Positions 52,901 to 64,000 of a DNA stretch of 64,000 nt are shown piece after piece. A program made the position numbers and the translations under genes. Source of the stretch: Lama glama (lineage: Eukaryota). The notes beneath the pieces were generated by a model. It had not been told where the DNA came from. It worked only from the letters and a program-made list of their open reading frames with translations, and searched no databases. Every line of letters begins with the position of its first letter. The first letter of the stretch is position 1. Location of the stretch: the NCBI GenBank assembly GCA_028534125.1, contig CM052816.1, positions 46,502,001 to 46,566,000 of the forward strand, written 5' to 3'.

Positions 52901-53159
52901 TGAAATAGAACATGATGCTTGGAATGAAAGAGATGTCCCATTATTTGACAGGTTCTCACAATTCACTATCTCCCTCCCCACCTTTGCTCTCTCTTTATGA
53001 AGGCTTTTGAAATCACCTAACATTAAGCAAGTGACACTGGCTTTTGTCATATGGATATGGAAATGGGTCCCAGAAATGGACATGGCTTAATTTGGAGTCC
53101 TTTAAAAGTTTTTAAAAGAGGTGATCTCTCAGAAGGGATCATTCTCCTTATCAGCTCAC

Positions 53160-53244
53160 TTCCTTCTAGAACAAATGTGCAGGATTTCCAGCAGCTTGTC
53201 TCTCGAACCACTGAAGATTTTCCTGTCATCGTGGTCTTAGAGAC
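53160..53244 (-). other. Candidate 85-nt internal exon
   Basis: Strong acceptor ttctctctttttgttctttccttgtag|GTCTC and donor GGAA|GTGAGC on the minus strand; no transcript evidence. Confidence 0.3.
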
Positions 53245-55789
53245 CTACAAGGAAAGAACAAAAAGAGAGAAGCCCCTTACACAAATTCTAAAGACAACTA
53301 ATAAATTACAGCTTTGTATTTAAAGGAGACTCCTCTTCTCTTTCTTTGTTCTGCGTGTTTCAAGAATTCTCTCTTTCAGGATCTTTCTGTGCATGGATGC
53401 CTATGCACAGAATGTATGAGTTTGATTTATGCTGAGGAGGTGGGAAATGTGGGCATTTCTGGCAAGTCCAGATATGGAAACATTGCAGGCTTTTTTCAGG
53501 ATAGAAACACCAACTTTTTTAATGGGTCCAGTTATTTTACCCTTACATAAAATGCCTGTTGAAATTTGTCAATGCAAAACAAGTGCTAATATGCCTTCCT
53601 CTCTCATCTCTAAATGCAGCTTGGAAGAGATCAAGTTTATACACATATACACACACACACATATTTAAAAAGTAGGTGTGAAAATGTTTACCTCTCAAAT
53701 TCAGATATTTTAAAGTACTTAGGTTTTTTTCTTTCATTTATTCTCAAAATGTTGAAAGATGCATCCTATTATAAAAGATTCAAACACTCCTTTAAAAATA
53801 TGATTTGTTTTACCTTTGAATGTGCTAGAAATTTAAATGCAATGATATGCCTGAAGAACATGGAATGAGGGGGTTTGCAACTAGGTCACCAACTCAAATT
53901 TGATCCAGAGTCCTGAATACTCTACAGCTGTCTATTATGAGTATCTAAAATGAATGCAACAAATAAATATCTGATTATATTTCCATGCAAATTTTATACC
54001 TACTCTGCTAATTGAAATGGAGCATAATGTACTATTTGTGTATTCAATTTACACTTTTGAAAATTTTTCTGTATCATCTTACATTTTCACAAAAGGAATA
54101 GGAAATCCACTGTCATGCCGATAATATCCACGTATGTTTCAAAGGACACAAATAATATACTCCCTACCTTCTGGGTATGAACCAGGAGGATATAATTCAG
54201 CTCCATCCTGGATTTTCACATACTTCTGGACATGGCAGATTAGAAGGCTCCTACGTACAGCACCCTGGCCATGGTGGATTACGTTCCAGGGTACTCACCT
54301 AAGAAACGAGCACAATTGCTGACCCCCACGTTGGAATCTAAGTCTTTTGGAAGAAGCACTGCCTTCAATTTCTTAATATCGCTCAGACATTTGGGAAATA
54401 CAATTTCTGTTCACTTACTTCTGACCAGCCACTCCACACCTTTTTCTCACTGAGACTCTGGCACAAGTGCAGAGTGCAGAGTAAGAACAAACACCTGTTA
54501 TGCTAAAAATTACTCCTCCATCTCCTTGCCTACTTCCCTGGAAACAAACATGTACACTTGACTCTCTTCCCTGAGGGTTCTTTCCTGAAATTATGACAAG
54601 ATTTCAGAATTCTTGAGTTTTGCTGGAAACTGAGACCTGCACTTGTTGAGGTGAGAGGAGAGTGCAAAAGGGGCTGAACGGGAATGAAATCACAACACTT
54701 CATGTGGCTGCCAAATGTAATCTTAGAGGTAAAGTCTCTAAAATTCCTAGGTGGCAGTCCCAATCTAGTCTGTACTGGTGAAATCAGCCCTAATGTACTG
54801 TGCTTAGATCTTAATGCTACCTTGTAAGACTGCACAGTATTCAAGGGAGAGAATGTAGCTTCATAGGGGAAATACAACCATCTCCTATAGAGCTCAGTTA
54901 AAAGCACTGGGACTGCTTAGAAAAAAGAAAATAGAGGGAATTTGAAGTCCCCTTCAAATATCTAAAGGACTGTTAAATAGAAGGCAGGTTAGGGTTATTC
55001 TGCACGGAAGCATCATGGGATAGAGTACGGCTGAATATAAGGAACCTTATGTGAGTTGTGCTCTCCCACGAAGGAAAAGTCCCTGCCTCAAGAGAATGAA
55101 GACAGCACCCAGGTATAGGCTGGGAACCAGGGCGCTGACCTTGGGGGACTCCAAGGGTGCTCATGAAGCAGTCTCAGGGGTTATGAGAGTCATGCTGTAT
55201 GGTCAGGCCACTCATGGAAGCTCTCTTGCTCTTTGTGCCTCCCTAGCTTTACCAGTCCCTGCTCTGCCTACACCCTACTCACATGAATGTGTTTGTCCCC
55301 AGCCCCAGCCAATGATTGTTCTAATCTTAGGCCAGAAAGGCTCCACCTGCTAGTTTATTAAAGGAAAACATCTGCCCTCGTAATGATCATTAATCTGAGG
55401 GACCGGGAGGGATGTGCCCCAGTTGCTGGTTTCCCTGGTAACTGATGAGCCAACTTGATGTCAATTTCCCTGTAAATGGTAGCCTCCTTGTCCCAGAGCA
55501 GTAAAGTTTACTGCCTGTCCTGTCTGCCCTCTGCCACCGTACACAGTAGGGCGCCGCTCCAGGACCTCTTGTTTGGGAAGAGTAAGATTCTTTGCCCAAT
55601 AAGCTGTTGATGCCTCTGGCTCCTTCTTTGGTCTTGAGGCTGGGCAACCACAAGGCTTGCAGACCTGTTGGGTGTAGCACAGCACATGCCAACTAGGCAT
55701 ATCTTCATTTTGGTCCTTTCGAAAACCCAGGATTTCTTTCAAGGAGGCTGAATTCCCTGCAGTAAATGTGGTTGTAAAAAAGAACATGT

Positions 55790-55975
55790 GTTCTACAGAG
55801 ATTCCCTGGTTGGGAATACTGGCTCTTCCATTCTACTATTATGTAAATTTGAGGAAGTCAATGAACCTAGGAATCTCAGTCGTAAAACTGAGGATTATTA
55901 TTCCCATCTCACAGGGTAGTTATGAGCTTTGAAAATCACCTGCATACTGCCTGGTGTATGCAGTAGGTATTAATT
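55790..55975 (+). mobile_element. MIR SINE
   Basis: 'gggaatactggctcttccattctactattatgtaaatttgaggaagtcaatgaacc...ctcagtcgtaaaactgaggattatt...tcacagggtagttatgag'. Confidence 0.7.
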
Positions 55976-58900
55976 GCTGCAGGCGCATAATTATATGGTA
56001 CATAAATACTGAGGCCTAAAAAGCCAGCTTCTAGCCATCATCGGGCAGGATGGTCATACTGCAGTAAGTTCTGAACATAGTGAGCTAGGGTGATATATGT
56101 CACTTTCCTACTTCTAAAAAGGCTCATTCTTCCATCAGAAAGACATACATTTATGTCAATGTGGAAAATGAGAAAAGATCCTACTGTGGAAATTGTGCGA
56201 TAAACACATAAAATGTAGTAAATGAAATATAGTCACAGTGATGAACTTTATCAAAATTTACATGAGATGAATAATGCAAAGGCAGAGGAAATTATTCTCT
56301 ACTATCAGCAGAAATCGTCTACATGGCTCCCTCTTAATTTTAAGATTCTTCTAGTAAGGTAGAGTCTATCTGATTATTATTACTCTATCTTTTTAAAATC
56401 ACATCACCTAAGGATGGCAGCACTGGTCACAAGGACAATGAGAATCATCTGGTTTCTTTACTAAAGAGATACTTTCCACTCTCGGCATATGATTCTTAAA
56501 TTCCCAAACTAAAAGTTTTGATTTTTCCAACCAGGAGGGTGATTATTTCCACATAGAAATAGTTGGTGAGTTTGATCCAATTGAACGGCAGAGTTTATTA
56601 ACCAGCTGTTCTGTAAAATGTAACCCTCAGCTATAATTATTATATATAATTACATCTGTATTTAATCTACTTTCAGGTATTAAGCCTATATTTAACATGG
56701 CTACTCCTTTGAAATTGGAATCAAAGATCTTTGATCTGGTCAGTCTTCCCCACACGTATGGGGTATTTCTGACATGAATTTGGACTTTTACCATCCCTTG
56801 AAGGACACTAACAGTAGCTCTGGATTCTTCTCAGTTTTGACAGGAACATGCAACTCACACGGAGTTAGTAGTATTAGTTACAGTTCCTACTAAAATGATT
56901 CTGTATGCCCAAGAAAGGATGACTAGATTTGATGGTACATTCACTCCTAACTTAGATTGGTAACCTTCAATATACCAGTAAGTTACGCAGTATTTTCAAC
57001 GGTTGAGTTCCTTCAAGCAATCTGGTTACATAACTTAATGCAGCATCCAAAGATGCCTGACTTTCAACCTGTGAGTTTGTAATGGGTGGTCGGGAGCTTG
57101 AATTCCAGGAACACAATTCTCTTGCTCTAGCACAAGCGTTCTTACACACAGGAGAGGGGGCAAATTATCTGAAGGCGAAGGCGCTGGGACAGCCCTGGGC
57201 TTCCTGCCCTACCTTCATGTGGCAATAATTTCCCTACACAAGAGGCAGAGGGCCCCTCCTTGACACACAGTGTCTGCCTTGCCTCCCACACAGAAACCCA
57301 CAAAAAAGTCTGACCCAGCGCATATTAAGAAAAAAGCCCTGACTTGACCACACAGCAATTCTGGAGCATGAGCAGTAGCCACTGCCATGCTCCTGGCAAG
57401 AGTTTCATTGCATCCAACTGAAAATGGGCATAATAAAATTCCTTTGTCAAGAGTCCCGGTGGAGTGTTGGCAATTGAGAGCATATTCTCCCCCTGGTAGG
57501 AACGACTATGGAACAGCATGAAATCTATGCTTTGGCAGCAAGGGAACTTGGTGCTAACATTTTTCTAAACTGAAACAAGACGGATGATTTGGCCTGATAC
57601 TTACAAGTTATATGATATGTTAAATCACCTCTAAAAATAAAAACAAAAGATTTGAAGAAAGTTGTGAATTTTACAAAAGGAGAAAGATGGTTAGATAAGC
57701 TTTTTGCTTGTAAAAAAAATAATTTTAAAACATGTTGAGAAGCATGAGTGGAGGAAACAAAAATACAGAATTGTGAATACTGAAGATGTACTAGCGTGTT
57801 TAGAGTTCAAGGACTGGGGGCTCTGGACAAGTTCCCATAATAAATAATAATTCAGAGAGTCTTTATTTGTAATTAAAAATTTCTCTTATCCAGTAAGTTA
57901 TTACAGAATTCAGTAACTACCAGGCCCTGATCGTAGGCACCAAACAAACACAAATATAAAAAGAGCCTGCCCCACAAAAATCTATTCACAGATATAAGGT
58001 ATAAACCCTCTGTATAGCAAAGAATAAGCACTAAAACTAGAGACATTTGACTAAAGGCATTTAAAACAAAACTGTTCTAGAGAAACATTCAGTTTTCTTT
58101 TCCAGTTTCTCAGTGTAATGCTGGGTCTTCACTTTACCCTCTCCACCGCGTTGGCTTGCTTCGTTGGTCACAGACACTGCTTCAGTTTCCTACAAGGTCA
58201 GGATCATTATCACTTCTCTTTTTCCTAACTAGCCTCTAACCCACTGACCCAAAGAAGGACATGACAGCCCAAGAATAACACAAACATGAGGCTTCTTCCT
58301 TAAGGAACGTTTTGGGATCTCTCTCATCAGAATATCGTACTTTCTCAAAGGACCCAAATGAGTACAGAGGAGAGCTTTGCCCCTGGGCACCACTAACCTC
58401 AGGGAGCAGATCCAGGGGAGAGAAAGAAGGCAGCAAAGCTTCCATTCACTGAGTTCCTGGTACTATGTGACAAAGCCACTTCACTATCTGTCATCTAATT
58501 CAATCTCCAACTGTATTTGATTTAAAAAACACGATGTTTACCAGATCGAAAATCTGGAGATGCTTCATAAGAGGCAGGGCAGAGATATATAGAGTGTGTA
58601 TGAGCCATGCAGAGTGACAGAAATAGAGCACAAAAACATGTAAATCTTTTCCTTAATATGCCCAAGATTTTAAAAGTAAAATGAAGAACCTGTCAATAGG
58701 GCTGAAATTGAACCGCTTAAACCAGGCTCAGTGTTTATAAATGAAGAAGAGCCAAACCAATAATAATATTGTGGTATTGATTCTTTACAGTCTCAGTCAC
58801 ACCCACCTCATCACTTAATATATTTTTTCTCCTAATATGTGTTCAATCCTATTTGATGGCTTGGCTCAGAGCTTAGATAATGGAGCCAAACCATATCCCT

Positions 58901-58999
58901 TTGGTTGGTCTTAAGCTTGGCTGGACTTTCAATGACTTCCACATATTAAGAGCCACTCTCACAAAAGGCTTAATATAATGAAGCCACCTACCTAACAAG

Positions 59000-59190
59000 G
59001 AATAAGAAGTAGCATTTCCCGAGTAGTTCTGTGAGCCAGGCACTGTGCCCAGGGCCTGACCCCAGTGAGTCATTTAATCCTCACAGAATGCTGAGGTAGG
59101 TAGCCCCATTTACAGATAAGGGAATTGAGGCTGGGAGGTTAAGATCTTCCCAAGGTCAGAGTTTGCAAGGGTAGGACCTTGATTCTGTCA
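59000..59190 (-). mobile_element. MIR SINE
   Basis: 'gagccaggcactgtgc...tcatttaatcctcacag...ccccatttacagataagggaattgaggct...cccaaggtcaga'. Confidence 0.85.
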
Positions 59191-62029
59191 ATTATATTCC
59201 AACTGCTGCAGGTTCACAAGATGTTGTTGTGCTCTACTTTGAGGCAAATTTCCTGACAAATTAGGATTGCCACTTTCGGAAATTTGGAAAGCTTCACATT
59301 GCCGAATCATGTGAAGACTGGACAGCATTTCCTGGGGACCTGATTGGGAAATAAATTGCTCACCTTCACTTGGTCCAGAGGTCTGGCGTTCACGGACACA
59401 CCAATCACTAAGCCCCCCACCCTCTGCCACCAGCATCTCCATCGGCAGCAAGAAAAAATTAGGACTGCTGCACACCTAGACTGCAGATTATTTTTTGTGA
59501 CTGGTGATTTTTAAATTTTTTTCTTAATGTAGTCAGTGGAGTATGAGATCTCCTGTATGCCAAATATTGGGGGAGGGGTTATGCACTGTGTGAATTACCT
59601 CAGGCCAAACCCAAAATAGCCCTGGTCCTCCCATCCCTGAACTTCAAAGCCAGCCCATATCCCCTGCCGCTGCTCCTGCTGCGGTGACTCTGCAGTGGTC
59701 ACAGGCTGCAGCCTGGGTGGTCCGCCATACCCTGAGCCAGGGAGCAACCACATGCCTCATTCTGGGATGGGAAGGCAGTGGAGAAAAAGATAGAGCTGAT
59801 AAACACACCCTGGTTCCCCCAGCTCCCCCTCGGGGAAAGTCAACTCTATACATGCCAACTGTGCTCACACAAGGCAAAGCTTTTAACAGTACGGCACTGT
59901 CCCCCACAGCCTAGGGTGTTCCTTCCTGACTCCCTTGTGGTGACAAGGGAGGCCACATGGCACCTCATGGGTGGTGGGAAGATCATAAAACTGGAAGGAA
60001 AGAGAACCAAGTTCTGATTCCAGATATCATTCAGAAGCCCAAATTCCCAGCACTCTGAGCCCACAGCTGATATTCCTCTGGGTGTTGGGCACTAGGGCTT
60101 ATTCGTCTGTTTGTTTCCTGAAGATGGGAAAAATACAAAATATTTCTCCCATATTTCCCCAGCCCCTGTTAGAAAGCACTGATCTGCAGCAAGTTTCAGT
60201 CCTCAAGACAATTCAGCGGGAAACCAGCTTTCACATCTTGCGGAGAGCAGGAAGGAGATCTCAGGGAGGACCTAGGCTCACCTCAGGCACATCTCTTCTG
60301 TGGAGAGAGAACAGAAGGTTTTTACACTCGGGATAACTTTTCAGCAGAATCAGGAACTGAGCAGTGACATTATCCCCGCCGTGCACTGGAGAATCCTCTT
60401 TCTCCAGCCTGTAATGGGGCTTTAATCTGAGGGACATTATCCGGAAAAGCCTGGGAGAAACAGACACCAGCCCATGCAGCTCTGGGGGGAGTTTCTTTTC
60501 TTTATGAAATTCACAAAGGAATCAGTCCTAGGATCTGAAAGAATACTAAGGTTTTTTAAATTTAAAAAAAAGGCGGGGCAGCCTCTGGATGTTACAGAGT
60601 TGGGAGGAAGGACTGGCTTTTCTTTGAAACTAGAAAACCCATTTGGCACCTTTGTCCAACAGACACAAGGAAAAGATCCCGTGGTCGTAAGTTGTTTTAT
60701 CTAATTTTTTCCCCTCCTGGTTTCCTTTGTTGTGAGTTCCAAGCTGCTTTGCACCCTTCCATCCTTTACAGCTATTGAATCTCTTCCACAGATCTGTAAA
60801 AATAAACAGGCCATTTCCAGATTACCAGCCAGCAACACCACATCCTGTGTTCGAGCTGATGATAAATAAGAGTGAGGCAGGTAGTCCCCCAGACACATCT
60901 GGGAAGCATCCTCTTCTCTGAACAGAAGCACACAGCATTCAATTCTAGCCAAAGCTTGTTTGGCCTTGTGGTCTGCTGAGTTGAAATGGTTATGCTATTT
61001 TTTTTCTGAATCTAAAGATTATGTTTTCCCTCTGACATTTTTCCTTTTTAAAAAAATTTTGGTATATATACAAAAAAAAAAAATAACACCCTGAGGGAAA
61101 CTCTATTGGCTTTAGCCATAAATCCCAGGTGTATTCTAATTAGATTTAAAACTTACTTTAAAAAAAAAACCTTCAAGTTGAAGACAGCTAAAGCAACTAG
61201 CAGCCACAGTTTGGGCTAATTAACTCTTCTGGTAGCATCTAGTGACTAGAAGCTGTGGTCTCAAATATTCTGTGATGATGTAGCTACTCAGGATCTTATC
61301 TGCTCTTTTAACTTCTTTTAAATTAATCAGCTTTATAATGATTAACAACCTGAAATTATTTTTAGCTCTTGTTCCTATTTATTCTTTTCCCCTTCCATTT
61401 ATGTATTCTGCACTTTCTCCCAGTTAAACCCTTCAATGTCTGCTTAAAATACAGGAATATCATGAAACCAGCATCACTCTCCTCCCCACACATGTGCAAA
61501 CAGACACTGATGGGGTAAGCGTAGGGAATCATCTTTTGCATCCCGAATTCAGCATTCTCAGAAGCAAGGGCAGACAGAAGACAAGCAAAGAAAGGGAAAA
61601 GTACTGGCAGACGCCACTGTTTCAGAGAACTCACATTTTGCTTCCCAGAATCTTAAGCTGTTCTTTCTCACCTTTCTCAACTCCTCAAGGGAAGGCTATT
61701 GCCACTCAGTACAGCCTCTTGGTAGCTGTATAAGGAAAACCACACCTGTGGTATACGGCGGCCACCAGGAGGGACCAGCTATAGATGCCCTGACCATCCA
61801 CAGCTGTCCATCCTTCTGGGCTAGCCTGTGACAGCCAGCAAGTGCGCCTGGGAAGACTGCAATAAAAATGCACTCGATCCTACTGACTTCTCTCCCATCA
61901 CCCTGTGAGGGAAGGTTTCCTTTCAGGATGACCCAAGTTTTATCCAGCTTACAGTTTACATCGTCTGATAAGACTATTCGGAAGACTTAACACAAGAAAT
62001 AAAAATCTCTGTTCTTCTAATGAGGAAAG

Positions 62030-62175
62030 AGAATGTTGGCCCAGAAATCAAAAGAGCTGGCCTCTAATCTCCTCTTTGCTGTTAACTAGTTTTGCGACTT
62101 GGGAGAAAACAGTTTCTTCACAGGAACGCTAAGCCAGAAGATTTCTAAGGTCTTCCAACTACAAAGGTTCTGTGA
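62030..62175 (+). mobile_element. MIR/MIR3-like fragment
   Basis: 'gagctggcctctaatctcctctttgctgttaactagttttgcgacttggg...atttctaaggtcttccaact'. Confidence 0.55.
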
Positions 62176-64000
62176 AGGGACGTGTACTCCGAATTGCCCT
62201 TTGGAAGACCAGCTGCTAACCTCTGTGCAGCTATAAGGTAGAGGAATCAGACTCAAGGAAGCCCAAATTTACATACCATAGGACCTTCAGGGAATTTTTA
62301 AAGATACACGTTCACTGCTCTTTTCTGAAATCAAGAGCACTCTTGCATGCCACTGCTGATTGTCAGACCTCCGTGAAACAAAATACCATTTTTCTAATAC
62401 ACAAATCACCAATCAGAAGGTTAAACTGAGACTTTCTGGTGAAGCAAGAAAGCAACTCTAAAAGTTGAACTAAAATGAATAAATATGACTACGGCAATAG
62501 AAACACCAAATGAACATTTTAGTCCTTATTTTGTGCCAGACACTGAGCTAGGGATTTCTGCATGTGTTATCTCTGCTGAGCATGATAAACACGCTCTGTC
62601 CCCTCATTCTGTTCTCCAATTATCCCCCCAGGCCGGCCTGCCATATGCGCACCTCCTGCACAGAGATGTTGAATAAGGCAGGACCTCTATGCACAAGCAC
62701 ACCAGATCAGTCCAAATCCACTCTGAGGACTTCCATGGCCCTAATCTCAATGCATTACTTCCTAGTGGCAGGAAAAGAGCTCCGTATTTGTCAAAAAGAA
62801 AAGTCTCAGTGTTTCCTGCCTTTTCCAGGTGCACTTCTTTCAAGTTTCTGGGAGTATTTTATGTACACAAGGAGGAACACTCTGATGTCTGGATCGATAT
62901 CTGCAAAAGCTTTTAAGCTATAATAACCATGATCTTCAGCACTCAATACATTCTGACAAGACCCCCCTCTATGTCAAGGGAAGTGGGTAAATTCTTAGGC
63001 AGGGAGTTTAAGACCCACTCTTTGCCTACTAGTACTTTCAGTAGAAAAGCCCGTAATCATTAAGCCAAACGCAAGGGGACAGGCATTCCCAATTATACAG
63101 TTTTAACTCCCGCTAAGTCCAACCAGCACAAACTTCATCACTACATTGTAGTGTTGCTAACTAATGAGCTGAGTTTTGGCAGCCCATTAATCTTAATTTT
63201 GTAAACATTGATTTTTTTCCTTGGGTTTTGAATGGAGCTAAAATTAGCATTTTTGTTGTTGTTTTCAGGGTTTTTTTTTTTAGTATAACCTCCATTTCAA
63301 CTTCCTGCTACTGGATATTTTATTACAACAAACAGCTCTATCCTTGACCAAGGTCTAAAAAGAAGTCAGAAGAGTTCTGGGAATAACGGTCCCATCTCTC
63401 ATCTTGTTTCACACACTTCCCCTGTCCCTTCTGGGACGTGGAGCCGCCATTGACTTCTAAGGAAATTCACTTGAGGCTCAATTAAAACTATGGGGCACAG
63501 AGAAGAAGAGGCATGTCCTCACCTTTTCCTCCCCAGTAAGATCTGTTTCCAAGACCAGTCCTATATAGTAGGACTTTTGAGGGCTTATGGTATAAGACAA
63601 AACTGGGAGGTTCAAGCCAGCTCTCATTTGACAACTGCTGGCTCATCTCTAGTTTCTCTCGTAAGTAAAAATTAAAACTGAAAGAATCTCTCCCACCAGG
63701 AGAGTGCTCAGGGCTTCCAATTTTCCCCAACTCTCTCTGGCTTCTTAGTCATTGCCATTTAGCAGACACAGTTTACATAATAACAGTTTTATTCGTGTAG
63801 GAGACACGGGGTATGAACTGCAGTGTTTAGCTAAGCTACCTGAGAAGGTCATTTCACATCACTCATTTCTCACTGTGGGCTCCCCATAGCACAATCTCAC
63901 TCAAAACAGGCCATAGGCTCTCTGAGATAGCATATTCTAGAAGGCTTCGAGCCCCTTCCCTTTATTTTCCTCTGGTCTACCATATTGCAGCCTCCAAGAC

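Overview
This is AT-rich mammalian (eutherian) genomic DNA, not prokaryotic. I see no credible protein-coding gene, rRNA, tRNA or CRISPR array; the ORF track is mostly chance ORFs or repeat fragments. Bases 1 to ~46 kb are dense in old repeats: an ERVL internal fossil with its MLT2 LTR, a two-LTR MLT1 MaLR element, several solo LTRs, L1 3' fragments, hAT DNA-transposon fossils, MIR and L2. A full-length degenerate U6 snRNA copy is fused directly to an old L1 3' end at 35968-36299. The main functional-looking feature is a CpG-rich, minus-strand promoter/first exon at ~49.3-49.9 kb. It has a YY1 motif, two candidate splice donors, and just upstream a triplicated ~70-bp module carrying two perfect CRE palindromes and E-boxes. 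This suggests that 1-49.5 kb is largely intron of an unidentified minus-strand gene or lncRNA. Bases ~46-64 kb are poor in LTR/L1 repeats and contain several enhancer-like unique segments. The L1 tail looks cetartiodactyl and I saw no ruminant, whale or pig SINEs, so a camelid host is my tentative guess. Repeat names and boundaries come from recalled consensus sequences read by eye and are approximate. I cannot name the gene and found no firm evidence of a wholly new biological system.
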